Assembly: GCA_965214125.1 (NCBI GenBank)
Contig: CBDCBA010000011.1
Span: 1 to 64,000 of the forward strand
DNA length: 64,000 nucleotides
Direction: 5' to 3'
DNA from: Tepidisphaeraceae bacterium
GTDB taxonomy: Bacteria; Planctomycetota; Phycisphaerae; Tepidisphaerales; Tepidisphaeraceae
The translations under genes and the position numbers were made by a program. The notes under the pieces are model-generated. The model saw only the letters and a list, made by a program, of their open reading frames with translations, was not told the origin of the DNA and made no database searches. Of this stretch, positions 51,793 to 60,582 are shown piece after piece. How positions within the stretch are numbered: the first letter of the stretch is position 1; each line of letters starts with the position of its first letter.

Positions 51793-54033
51793 TTAGTTGG
51801 GGAGAAGCGACTCGAAGAACTCGGACTCCTCGTACAGCCCGTCTTGGCTGACGCGCAGCAGGCCGAGGTCGCGTTGGAGCGTCAGTTCGGCGACGCGCAG
51901 GTCGACCAGGGAGCTGGTGAAGGCGTTCTGGGCGTCGACCAGGTCGGCCTCGGCCTCGGTCACGTCGCGCGTTTCGCCGCGGCCGAGATCGAGCAGTTCG
52001 TTCGCGAGATTCAGCCGCCGCTGCGCCACCTCGATGGCAAGGGCCTGCACCCGCAGATCCTCGGCGGCGACACGGATGTTCCGCAGCGCGTCGATGATGT
52101 TCAGCTTGACCCGGTCCTCCGCCTCCTGCGCCGTGCGGACAGCACGCTCCATCGCAATCAGCGCGTTGCGATAGGCGTTGCGTTCGGCCGTGCGCTCGAT
52201 CGGCAGCGACAGCCGCAGGCCGGCCGCGTAGCTGCCCTCGTCGAAGCGCAGGTTCGTGTCCGGCAAATTACCCGACAATGCCCCGCGACCGCCGCCGACG
52301 TTCACGCTGCCGACGAGGTCGATCACGCCTTCAAGTCCGTTGGCCGCGACGACGATGCGACGCTGGGCGTCAACCACCTCACCGTACGTGGCCGCCAGGT
52401 CGAGGCGGTTGTTCAGCGCCACCCGAATCGCCTTGCTGCGAAACGCGAGGTCGAGCGGGACCACGGGCACGCCCAGCGGGGAGGCGGTGTCGCCCTCGAT
52501 CTGCCGCTGGATCTCGCGCGGGTTGCCCGGCAGGTTCGTTTCATCAGTTGGGCCGGGCTGCTCGGTTGGATCGATCGCCTCCTCGAGCGCCTGCTCGTCG
52601 AGCGCGGCGTTGGGTTCAGGTGGAGTGGTGGGCGGGGTGGTAGGCTGCGTGGTGGGCGGGCCGAGGCTGTTGGTGTACTGCCGGAGCAGGCCGCCCTCGG
52701 CGACATCGCCGAGCACGCGCGTCGCCAGGGGCTGCAACTCCTCAAGCTCCTCGGGATCGAGCAACACGGCCGCGTCCGGCGGCAGGCCGAGGAAGAGCTT
52801 GAACTGGTCGAGCTGGTCCTCGTACGCCTGCTCCGCCCGGATGAGCCGGCCGTAGGCGCTAAGCTCGTTGCTGAGCACCTGGTCGACCTGCACCGCCGGC
52901 AACTCGCCCGCCTCAAAGAGCGCGTACGACCGGCGGCTGTTGAGCTTCAGCCGCTCGTACGTGCCGCGGGCGTTGGCGATGCGGTCGAGCGCCTGCAGCA
53001 CGTTGAAGTACCGCCCGATCACGTCGACCGCGAAGGTCTGCTTGAAGCGTTCGAAATCCCAGATCGCGTAGATTACGTCGCGCTCGGCCTGCTGCAACGG
53101 CTCGGCGACCACCTCCACGCCCGCACCCTGCAAGAGCGGGATCGTGATGCTCGCGTCGGCGAGCAGGCCGAGCGATTCGGCCTCGTTGCCGCTGAGTAGC
53201 TTCGCCAAATCCAGGCCGATGCGGCTGGTGAGAATCGCCCCGCTCTTGAACAGCTTGTTGACCCCGATGGCCGGCGACACGACCACGCCGCTGGTGTCGT
53301 CGCCCTCCAACTCGCTCTGGAAGTCCGCGTCGAGGGTGGCGTTGAAGCGGAACTCGAACTGGTCTCGCTCAAGGTCGAGCGACAGGGCCGTTTGGTAGAG
53401 CAGTTCCTTTTGGGTCTGGTAGTCGCGGCTGTTGCGGGCGCCAATGGTCAAGGCTTCGACGAGGGAGATCACCAGCGGCTCGATTGCGTCGAAGTCGCCC
53501 GGCGCCGGCGGGCCGAGCGTGACGCCGATGCCGGCCGGCTCGGCGACGACACGGCGAACCGTGCCGCGCGGGCCAAGCTGCACCAGGAACAAGTCGGTCG
53601 ACAGCGACGGCGCGTTGACGCCGGGCGTTGGGGCAACGCGGGTGCCGACGATCTGCTCGCGTGCCCCGGCCGGAAGCGCGTCGGGGCCGTCGGTGACGCC
53701 GTCGGGCTGCTTGGGAACCGGCGGCAGGTAAAGGCTGCCGAAGCTGGCGGGGCCGGCGGCGGGCAGGTTTTGGTCGAGCAGGAGCTTGCGGCGCAGCTCA
53801 TCCTCGGGCGTGTCGATGGTGAACGGCTCGGCGCGGCCGAGGGCGGCGAGCTGTTTTTCCTCGAGAATGCTGTACGCCGCGGCGTCGGCAGCCTCGACGG
53901 CCTGCTCTGGCGGCAGGCACCCGGACCCCGCCGTCAGCAGGCCGACGCACGCGAGGGCGCTGGCGCGGCGAAGAGCAGCGGCGGAGCGGGTCGGGCGGCT
54001 GCATCGTCGGCCCGGCTGCGACATCAAGGTCAT
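51793..54033 (-). CDS. TolC-family outer-membrane efflux protein (long)
   Basis: Signal peptide with lipobox-like LLTAGSGC; two OEP repeats with coiled-coil/beta-strand alternation; ~745 aa, with an inserted Pro/Thr-rich segment (TTQPTTPPTTPPEP). Start at MTLMSQPG. Confidence 0.7.
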   Translation of the reverse strand: MTLMSQPGRRCSRPTRSAAALRRASALACVGLLTAGSGCLPPEQAVEAADAAAYSILEEKQLAALGRAEPFTIDTPEDELRRKLLLDQNLPAAGPASFGSLYLPPVPKQPDGVTDGPDALPAGAREQIVGTRVAPTPGVNAPSLSTDLFLVQLGPRGTVRRVVAEPAGIGVTLGPPAPGDFDAIEPLVISLVEALTIGARNSRDYQTQKELLYQTALSLDLERDQFEFRFNATLDADFQSELEGDDTSGVVVSPAIGVNKLFKSGAILTSRIGLDLAKLLSGNEAESLGLLADASITIPLLQGAGVEVVAEPLQQAERDVIYAIWDFERFKQTFAVDVIGRYFNVLQALDRIANARGTYERLKLNSRRSYALFEAGELPAVQVDQVLSNELSAYGRLIRAEQAYEDQLDQFKLFLGLPPDAAVLLDPEELEELQPLATRVLGDVAEGGLLRQYTNSLGPPTTQPTTPPTTPPEPNAALDEQALEEAIDPTEQPGPTDETNLPGNPREIQRQIEGDTASPLGVPVVPLDLAFRSKAIRVALNNRLDLAATYGEVVDAQRRIVVAANGLEGVIDLVGSVNVGGGRGALSGNLPDTNLRFDEGSYAAGLRLSLPIERTAERNAYRNALIAMERAVRTAQEAEDRVKLNIIDALRNIRVAAEDLRVQALAIEVAQRRLNLANELLDLGRGETRDVTEAEADLVDAQNAFTSSLVDLRVAELTLQRDLGLLRVSQDGLYEESEFFESLLPN

Positions 54034-54129
54034 GCGGTGTCTCTGTCTGAAGGCAAGTGCGTGCCGGAGGGCAAGCCGGCGTCCGCGCGACGCCGGCACG
54101 CAGCCCAACGCCACCCACGCCGGATTGTT

Positions 54130-54942
54130 TCAGGCGAAATCGACCACGATGCGGGCCGCCTGCTGCACATCCTCCACCCGGCGGTCGCCTGCCTCCCGCT
54201 CGATCGCGAACGGGCCGGCAAACCCCGACGCCCGCAGCGTCGCGAAGAAGCGACGCCAGTCCACTTCCCCCTCGCCCAGCGCCACCTCCGTGCCCCACTC
54301 GCCGGGCGTGCCGCTCGAGACGGCATCCTTCAGGTGGACCTGCCGGACGTGCGGCAGGAGCTTGCCGATCGCCTTGATCGGGTCTCCGCTGCCGTACAAC
54401 AGCATGTTCGCCGGGTCGAAGTTCACGCCAAACCAGTCCCCGGCCGTTGCCAGCATCGCCAGCAGCGCGTCGGCGGATTCCTGCCCGGTTTCCAGCGCGA
54501 TTCTCACGCCGTGGTCCTCGAAGATGCCCGCCGCGTCGGAGAGGCGTTCCTGCACTTTGTCGAACGCGGGGTCGGCCGAATCATCGGCGATGAACCCGGC
54601 GTGGAACGTGACGAGCGACACGCCGTGCCGGCCAGCCAGTGCCGCCGCCTTCTTCATGTTCTCTCGCGTTTGCGGCCACGTCGCGTCCGGAACGACGCCG
54701 CCCGTCTCCTCGATGCGGGCGACCGTCGAGTAGTCCTCGCCAACCGCGCCGACCATGCCGCTCACGACGGCGATGCCCGCAGTCTCCAACGCCTCGAAGG
54801 TGGCGTCGGTCGCGTCATCAAGGGCGAGCTGCACGCGATCGAGCCCCGTCGCCTGGACGAGCCGGACGAGGTCGGCGTCATCCTTTGGCTGAAGCGACCA
54901 AGAGCAGACGGCGGGACGATCGAGCGGAGCGTCGGCGGGCAC
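54130..54942 (-). CDS. Sugar phosphate isomerase/epimerase (xylose-isomerase-like TIM barrel)
   Basis: ...GVSLVTFHAGF..., RIALETGQESADAL, HLKD...GEGEVDW pattern typical of AP-endonuclease-2/xylose-isomerase-like TIM-barrel proteins. Confidence 0.7.
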   Translation of the reverse strand: MPADAPLDRPAVCSWSLQPKDDADLVRLVQATGLDRVQLALDDATDATFEALETAGIAVVSGMVGAVGEDYSTVARIEETGGVVPDATWPQTRENMKKAAALAGRHGVSLVTFHAGFIADDSADPAFDKVQERLSDAAGIFEDHGVRIALETGQESADALLAMLATAGDWFGVNFDPANMLLYGSGDPIKAIGKLLPHVRQVHLKDAVSSGTPGEWGTEVALGEGEVDWRRFFATLRASGFAGPFAIEREAGDRRVEDVQQAARIVVDFA

Positions 54943-54967
54943 GGGCGATGCTACGCCGGCACACCTT

Positions 54968-55963
54968 TCAAATGCGGTGTTCGATCATCGGCATCGCGCG
55001 ACTGCACGGCAGGCGGCCGAGGTCGAGCATGGTGCGCAGCCCCGATTGGCAGCCTGGCAGGATGCGGGCGGCGTTGACCAACGCGGCCGCCGTCGCGGAC
55101 TCGCCGGGGGTGCCGCCGCTGATCTTCAGCCGCAGCGGGACCGGGCCGCCCAGCTCGACCAGATCCACCTCGTCGGGCCAGCCGCAGCTCATGATGAGGT
55201 CGAGCTCGACGTCCAGCCCCTCGCCGCGCCACCGGCCGACGTTGTGGATGCCCGCGACGTGGCCGGGCTTGATGTCGCCGAGGGCGCTCTTCATGGAACG
55301 CTCGGCGAGGATGGGGTGGAGCGTCTCCTGCACGCTGCCCGGCCGCGCCTCGCCGCCGAGGCCGGCGACGACCATCGCCACGCTCTCGGCCAAACCCTTG
55401 TGGCCGATTGTGCCGAGGTCACGGCGGTGCTCGAACTGGTCGACCGTCAGCGTCGCCCCGACCTTCGCCTGCAACGGCTTGCGGCGGCGCAGCGCATCCA
55501 CTCGCCGCACGGCCCGAACGCGCTGCACTTCGGGAAGAACGAAGCTCGCCACGAGCGGCAGGAAATCAAGGACAAAGCCGGGGTTCACGCCCGTGCCGAG
55601 CAGCGCGACGTTCGCCTCCGCCGCGCGGGCGTCGAGCGCGTCGGCCAGGTCGGCGTGGCGGTAGCGCGGCCAGAGCATCTCCTCGCAGCTTGTGACGGCG
55701 TGGGTGCCCGACGCGCAGCAGAGTTCCAGCAGTGGCCCAAGGTCGGGAAGGCGGCTGGTTGTGCAGAGGATGGCCACGTCGACCGCGGCCAAGGCGGCGT
55801 CGGCCTCCGCGACGACCTCGGGCCCGTCCTCCAGCGGCCGCGTGCCGGCGAGCGCCTCGTCCTGATCGACCAGCGCCGCCAGCTCGATGCGCGGATCGAG
55901 CTGCACCAGCCGCGCCGCGTTGAGACCGACCGGCCCGAGCCCGATGACGCACGCCTTAAGCAT
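54968..55963 (-). CDS. Dihydrodipicolinate-reductase-like NAD(P)-dependent (amine) dehydrogenase family protein
   Basis: MLKACVIGLGPVGLNAARLV N-terminal Rossmann; ...DVAILCTTS...; C-terminal domain layout as in DapB-N/ornithine-type amine dehydrogenases. Confidence 0.55.
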   Translation of the reverse strand: MLKACVIGLGPVGLNAARLVQLDPRIELAALVDQDEALAGTRPLEDGPEVVAEADAALAAVDVAILCTTSRLPDLGPLLELCCASGTHAVTSCEEMLWPRYRHADLADALDARAAEANVALLGTGVNPGFVLDFLPLVASFVLPEVQRVRAVRRVDALRRRKPLQAKVGATLTVDQFEHRRDLGTIGHKGLAESVAMVVAGLGGEARPGSVQETLHPILAERSMKSALGDIKPGHVAGIHNVGRWRGEGLDVELDLIMSCGWPDEVDLVELGGPVPLRLKISGGTPGESATAAALVNAARILPGCQSGLRTMLDLGRLPCSRAMPMIEHRI

Positions 55964-55994
55964 CGCACAACGCTACCGCAATTTGTCCCAAACC

Positions 55995-56630
55995 TCACGC
56001 GGTGGCAGATTGAACGTCGTTGTCGATGACCACGTCGAACGACTCGGGCGGGCAGACCTGGGCGAAATAGTGCCGCTCGACCGGCGGCCAGACCTCCCGC
56101 CAAGCGCCAAGGTCGAGGTAGTCGGCGTCGCCGCGACCCTCGACCCGCCGCCGCCGCTCGGCTTCGGGCTGCCGCACGAGCACCCGCAAATCGACCAGAT
56201 CTACCAGCGGCGGCGAGCAGGAATAGGAACCCTCCATCACCACAATCGGCCGTGGCGCAAGCTCGCTCGGCTCGTCCCGCAGCGCGTACGTGCCGCGTTG
56301 GCTTAACCCGGCGAGGAAGTCGAACGCATGCCACCGCGCGGCCCGGCCTTCGCGGAGGGGGCGCAGCACGTCGTCGCGCACGCGCTGCCAGTCGAAGACG
56401 TTTTGCAACCGATCTTCGATCGACAGCTTCAGCAGGTCGGACTCGGGAATGCTCGTCTGGTAGAAGTCGTCGAGCGTGAAGAGTGCGGCGTCGAGCCGCC
56501 GCGCGAGCGCCGCCCCAAGCGTCGATTTGCCCGCCCCGCTGCCGCCGTCGATCGCGACGACGAGCGGCCGACCGAGCAAGGCCCGCCGGTCGGCGATCAA
56601 GTCGAGGAGATGGCCGATGCCGGTGGGCAT
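55995..56630 (-). CDS. P-loop kinase (uridine-kinase/AAA-like NTPase)
   Basis: LVVAIDGGSGAGKSTLGAALARRL Walker A; DDFYQTS; ~210 aa. The ATG shares one nt with the upstream GNAT gene stop. Confidence 0.6.
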   Translation of the reverse strand: MPTGIGHLLDLIADRRALLGRPLVVAIDGGSGAGKSTLGAALARRLDAALFTLDDFYQTSIPESDLLKLSIEDRLQNVFDWQRVRDDVLRPLREGRAARWHAFDFLAGLSQRGTYALRDEPSELAPRPIVVMEGSYSCSPPLVDLVDLRVLVRQPEAERRRRVEGRGDADYLDLGAWREVWPPVERHYFAQVCPPESFDVVIDNDVQSATA

Positions 56631-57475
56631 CACGTTGCCTCGCCCTTCGGCCGCGCGCGGACCTCGGCTCTCACTGAGGACATCATGCCGCCGCACGAGA
56701 TGAACCCGCGGCCCCAGTGCAGGCCGACCGAGCCGGGGTTCGCCAGCATCGCGTTGCTGGCCAGGTAACGGTGGCCGTCCTCCCGAAGCGCCGCCGCCAC
56801 CTCGTGCAGCAGCCGGCCGGCGATGCCGTGCTCGCGGAACAGCCAGTGGACGAAGATCCAATCGAGCATCGGCGGCTCCGTCCTCGCGACGTCGTCGGGC
56901 AGCCCCCACATCTTCGCGTCACGAACCACCAACGCGGCGCCGACCGGCACCGCGGTCTGCGACGTTTCCCCGTCCTTCTCTCGCGTCATGTGCAGGATCG
57001 CGAGCCGACACGCCCGCGGAACCAGCGGCCCATCGCCGCCGTTGCGCACATCGTGGATGACCCGCGTGGCGATGCGGTCGTGCAGCCGTCGGTGCCACAT
57101 GCTCAGCGGCATCTCGTTGTGCATCGCCAGGTGGAACGCCTCGGCGACCGACGGCCAGTCGTCGTCGCCGATCATCCTGGTCTCGAGCCGGCCGTGACTC
57201 GTGGCGTCGTCGGCCGGCTCGTCGGCGAGGCGGTCGAGGGGCAGGTAGCACGGCATCTGCTTCGGCCGCGCGGTGTAGCGGGCCACGCCGTCCCAATACT
57301 CGTTCTTGTAGTCGGCGACGCGGGGGAAGCGCTGCCATTGCCGCCAGGTCATTGGCTGCCTGCGATACCGCCACAACCGCCAGTAGAAGGACTCCGCCAT
57401 CGCCGTCACATCGTACCCGTGCTCGTTGTGTGCGGAACACCCCGTGTTGACGCGACCGAGGGCGCGACGAGACAT
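56630..57475 (-). CDS. GNAT-family N-acetyltransferase with ~150-aa N-terminal domain
   Basis: C-terminal LDWIFVHWLFREHGIAGRLLHEVAAALREDGHRYLASNA carries GNAT motif A (R-x-x-G-x-A). The longest ORF would begin inside REP-B2; the start is chosen at MSRRALG. Confidence 0.55.
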   Translation of the reverse strand: MSRRALGRVNTGCSAHNEHGYDVTAMAESFYWRLWRYRRQPMTWRQWQRFPRVADYKNEYWDGVARYTARPKQMPCYLPLDRLADEPADDATSHGRLETRMIGDDDWPSVAEAFHLAMHNEMPLSMWHRRLHDRIATRVIHDVRNGGDGPLVPRACRLAILHMTREKDGETSQTAVPVGAALVVRDAKMWGLPDDVARTEPPMLDWIFVHWLFREHGIAGRLLHEVAAALREDGHRYLASNAMLANPGSVGLHWGRGFISCGGMMSSVRAEVRARPKGEAT

Positions 57476-57485
57476 CCGCGTGTCC

Positions 57486-57554
57486 GTTAGCCGCCCCGCC
57501 TTGCGGGGCGCGTGGCCGGCCACCGAGCGCCCCGCGAGGCGGGGCGGCTAAAGG
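57486..57554. repeat. REP-B copy 2
   Basis: Near-identical to copy 1 (gttagccgccccgccttgcggggcg ... cgccccgcgaggcggggcggctaaagg), in the divergent region between the GNAT gene (-) and the membrane-protein gene (+). Confidence 0.8.
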
Positions 57555-57606
57555 CGCCACACGCGAGGACGCGGCCGACTGATCGTGTTGTCGGTACGTT
57601 GGCGGC

Positions 57607-58305
57607 ATGTCGTCGCGATCGGTCGATCCGGAACTGTTGCACCGCACGGTGGTCCGCCTCGAACAGCGGGTGGCGGTGCTGTTTCCGAAGGCGGGGCTGC
57701 GCACGGTGGCACGCGAGCTGATCGACGTCACCGCCTGCGCCAAGTCCACCTGCCGGCGTCTGGGCAAGCCGATTTACCTGCTGCGCGTGCCAACCATTCT
57801 GCTGTTGCTGGGCGTCTTCGCCCTGATCGTCTTCGAACTGGCGATCCACCGCTTCGGGGAGGTGTCGACCGCGCTCGACTTCATCCAGGTGCTCGAGCCG
57901 ACGCTCGGGGCAATTTTTTTCCTGGCGGCGCTCGTCGCGTTCATGCTGTCGCTCGAGACGCGGTGGAAGCGCGCCCGCGCCCTCGACGCCCTGCACGAGC
58001 TGCGCGCGATGGCCCACGTGGTCGACCTGCACCAGCTCTCGAAGGACCCGACCGACCCCAACATGGGCGAAAGCCGCATGCCGCCCGACAATCGCCCGCT
58101 CACGCCCGAAGAGTTGACGCGCTACCTCGACTTTTGCGGCGAGATGCTGAGCCTGATCGCGAAGGTGGCCGTGCTGTACATCCAGAACTTCCCCGACAAC
58201 GTCGCCGTCGCGACGGTCGACGAGATCGAGTCGCTGACGAACGGCATCAGCCGGAAAATCTGGCAGAAGATCACGCTGATCCGGCCGGCTCATCACCGCT
58301 CGTAG
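57607..58305 (+). CDS. Hypothetical membrane protein (2-3 TM)
   Basis: 232-aa ORF with hydrophobic segments (PTILLLLGVFALIVFELAI; GAIFFLAALVAFMLSL) and a cytoplasmic helical C-terminal domain. Confidence 0.45.
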   Translation: MSSRSVDPELLHRTVVRLEQRVAVLFPKAGLRTVARELIDVTACAKSTCRRLGKPIYLLRVPTILLLLGVFALIVFELAIHRFGEVSTALDFIQVLEPTLGAIFFLAALVAFMLSLETRWKRARALDALHELRAMAHVVDLHQLSKDPTDPNMGESRMPPDNRPLTPEELTRYLDFCGEMLSLIAKVAVLYIQNFPDNVAVATVDEIESLTNGISRKIWQKITLIRPAHHRS

Positions 58306-58556
58306 TGCCCGCGACAGGCGACGACGCGAATGCGATCCTCCGACACTTCGTAGACCAGGCGATGCTCCGCGTTGATTCGTCGCGACCAGTAGCCGCGTAG
58401 ATCGCCCTTGAGCGGCTCGGGCTTGCCGATGCCGGTGAACGGCGTCCGTGCAGCTTCAGTCATCAACGCGAAGGCTTTGGCCACCAAGCTGCGGTCGCTT
58501 GCCGAGAGCTTCGCGAGATCGTCGATTGCAACCGGCGATAGCTCAATCGTCCTCAA
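58293..58556 (-). CDS. yoeB: Type II toxin, YoeB/Txe (RelE/ParE superfamily)
   Basis: ...FTGIGKPEPLKGDLRGYWSRRINAEHRLVYEVSEDRIRVVACRGHYER closely matches the YoeB consensus. Confidence 0.8.
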   Translation of the reverse strand: MRTIELSPVAIDDLAKLSASDRSLVAKAFALMTEAARTPFTGIGKPEPLKGDLRGYWSRRINAEHRLVYEVSEDRIRVVACRGHYER

Positions 58557-58809
58557 GCTTCACCTCCTCGATCTCCGCTCGCGTAAAGCCGAACTGCCGC
58601 AGCGCCTCGTCAAACGAGATCGACTCCGACGCCGGGCTGTTGATCGCCGTCATCAGCCGCTCACGCATGGCGGGGTTGTCGAGCAGGAACCGCGTCTCCA
58701 CCTCCGACGAGATCTCCCGCCACAGGTCGATCGGCACGACGGCGTCGGTCTGCTTGCCGTCGGCGTCGGCGAGGTAGCGGATCGCGGCGTGGTCGATGCT
58801 CTTGGTCAT
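58543..58809 (-). CDS. yefM: Type II antitoxin, YefM/Phd family
   Basis: MTKSIDHAAIRYLADAD...PAMRERLMTAINSP matches the Phd/YefM fold; overlaps yoeB by 14 nt. Start at M13 of the ORF. Confidence 0.75.
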   Translation of the reverse strand: MTKSIDHAAIRYLADADGKQTDAVVPIDLWREISSEVETRFLLDNPAMRERLMTAINSPASESISFDEALRQFGFTRAEIEEVKLEDD

Positions 58810-58992
58810 GGCCGGCTCATCATACAAGATGCCGAAGCAAGACATCTTCGGCGTCCGTCAGCGGGTGTGCATGTGGTTGTAAGCTCGCCCCGTCTCGCGG
58901 TCATACGCGGCGTGAACGCCTTGATCCCCCTCCAGCCAATCGTAAGACTTGATCGGCAGGTCGATGGTGGGCCGAGTCCAAACTTACCTAGC

Positions 58993-59181
58993 TCACTTTC
59001 GACTTTTGCGGGTAGTCAACCGCTCTATGCCGCTGCCGATGATCCACACGGCGGCACCAACTAGGCCGATGAACGCGAACCGACCGCCGCCGTCTTCGCT
59101 GAAGCCGCCGGAGAAGTGCAGGTACATTCCAATCTCGGCCCAGAGGACAAGTAAGCCGAGGCAGCCGATTCGAGTTGCCAT
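58993..59181 (-). CDS. Possible small membrane peptide (62 aa) in a lower-GC islet
   Basis: Two hydrophobic segments (IGCLGLLVLWAEIGMYL; FIGLVGAAVWIIGSGI); no SD assessed. Weak. Confidence 0.2.
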   Translation of the reverse strand: MATRIGCLGLLVLWAEIGMYLHFSGGFSEDGGGRFAFIGLVGAAVWIIGSGIERLTTRKSRK

Positions 59182-59214
59182 AGCGGTGTCGCTACCTCAA
59201 TAAAGCGTGAGCAA

Positions 59215-60492
59215 CTAACTTACCACCGGCAACGCACCACGCGTCGCTTCTTTGATCTTCTCCCACCCGCTGCCAAGCTCGCCGATGGGGTCCGGCGGCT
59301 TGACCTCGACGACCTTGTCGCCCAGCTTCGCCTCGCCGGCCTGCACCTTCGTCTGAAAGGCTTTGCACTCGTGCAGCAAACGGTCGAGGATGTCGGCCTC
59401 GGGGATGTTAGCGACTTTCTCGCCCTGCACGTAAATGATTCCTTTCTTGTTGCCCGCAAAGATGGCAACGTCGGCCCCCTCGGCCTCGCCGGGGCCGTTG
59501 ACGACGCAGCCCATCACGGCCACCTTCATCGGAACCGTGATCTCGCTCGCGAGCATCTTGCGGACGTCCTGCGTCAGCGTGAACAAATCGACCTGAATTC
59601 GCCCGCACGTCGGGCAGGCGATGAGCTCGGCCCCGACGCGCTCGCGAAGGCCGAGGGTATAAAGCAGTTCGAGACCATCCTCGACTTCATAGATCGGGTC
59701 GTTCGCGTATGAAATGCGAATCGTGTCGCCAATGCCGCTCGCGAGCAAATGGCCCAGCGGGACAACGCTGCGGATCGTCCCCGTCTCCTTCGGCCCGGCG
59801 TGCGTGACGCCCAGGTGCAGCGGGTAATCGAACCGCTTGCTGATCTCCGTGTACGCCGCGATGACGAGCTGCGCGTCGATGCTCTTGGCGCTGATGGCGA
59901 TGTCGTGGAAATCTTCTTTGTGGAAGATGTCGAGGTACTCCTCGAGCTTCGTAATCATGATCGCCAGCAGGTGGCCGTGCTTGCTATCGCTGAAGTACCC
60001 GCCGAGTTCCTTCAGGCGGCGCTGCTTGTCCTTGCGCTCGATGATCGACCCCTCGTTGACGCCCACGCGGATGGGCAGCTTGCGCTCCTTGCACGCCTGG
60101 ATCACGTCGATCACCTGCTTGCGATCGTTGATGTTCCCAGGATTCAGGCGAATCTTGTGGACGCCCGCCTCGACGGCTTCGAGGGCGCGCTTAAAGTGGA
60201 AATGCACATCCGCCACGATCGGCACGGGTGAGGCGGGGATGATCTCCTTCAGCGCTTCCGTGTCCTTGCGCTCCGGCACGGCAACGCGCACCACGTCGGC
60301 GCCGGCGTCGGCGAGCTTTTGCACCTCGGCGATGCAGTTGGCGACGTCCCACGTGTAGCCGCTGGTCATCGTCTGGACGACCACGGGGGCGGGCTCCGTG
60401 CCGTCGAGACCGCCGCCGATTTTGACGGGGCCGCGGGGGTGGTGGGCGTCGCCGCCGAGCGTGATCTGTCGGGTGGGTTTGCGCGGGAACAT
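59215..60492 (-). CDS. ispG: 4-hydroxy-3-methylbut-2-en-1-yl diphosphate synthase (GcpE)
   Basis: TMTSGYTWDV, VVRVAVP, IVADVHFHF, IRLNPGNI, and Fe-S ligands ACPTCGRIQ ... MGCVVNGPGE. The C-terminal ~60 aa extends beyond the enterobacterial form. Confidence 0.9.
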   Translation of the reverse strand: MFPRKPTRQITLGGDAHHPRGPVKIGGGLDGTEPAPVVVQTMTSGYTWDVANCIAEVQKLADAGADVVRVAVPERKDTEALKEIIPASPVPIVADVHFHFKRALEAVEAGVHKIRLNPGNINDRKQVIDVIQACKERKLPIRVGVNEGSIIERKDKQRRLKELGGYFSDSKHGHLLAIMITKLEEYLDIFHKEDFHDIAISAKSIDAQLVIAAYTEISKRFDYPLHLGVTHAGPKETGTIRSVVPLGHLLASGIGDTIRISYANDPIYEVEDGLELLYTLGLRERVGAELIACPTCGRIQVDLFTLTQDVRKMLASEITVPMKVAVMGCVVNGPGEAEGADVAIFAGNKKGIIYVQGEKVANIPEADILDRLLHECKAFQTKVQAGEAKLGDKVVEVKPPDPIGELGSGWEKIKEATRGALPVVS

Positions 60493-60582
60493 GGCGAGAC
60501 GGGGCGAGAGTGTCGTGGGAAGGAGCGGGCAAGCAACGATAGCGGCCGCGCCGTATGATGTGGACGCCCCCGAGGCCGACCC

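Noticed and set aside
51325-55077. Plus-strand ORFs 51325..53199 (624 aa) and 53392..55077 (561 aa)
   Set aside because: Antisense to TolC-like, isomerase and DapB-like genes; no motifs, biased composition.
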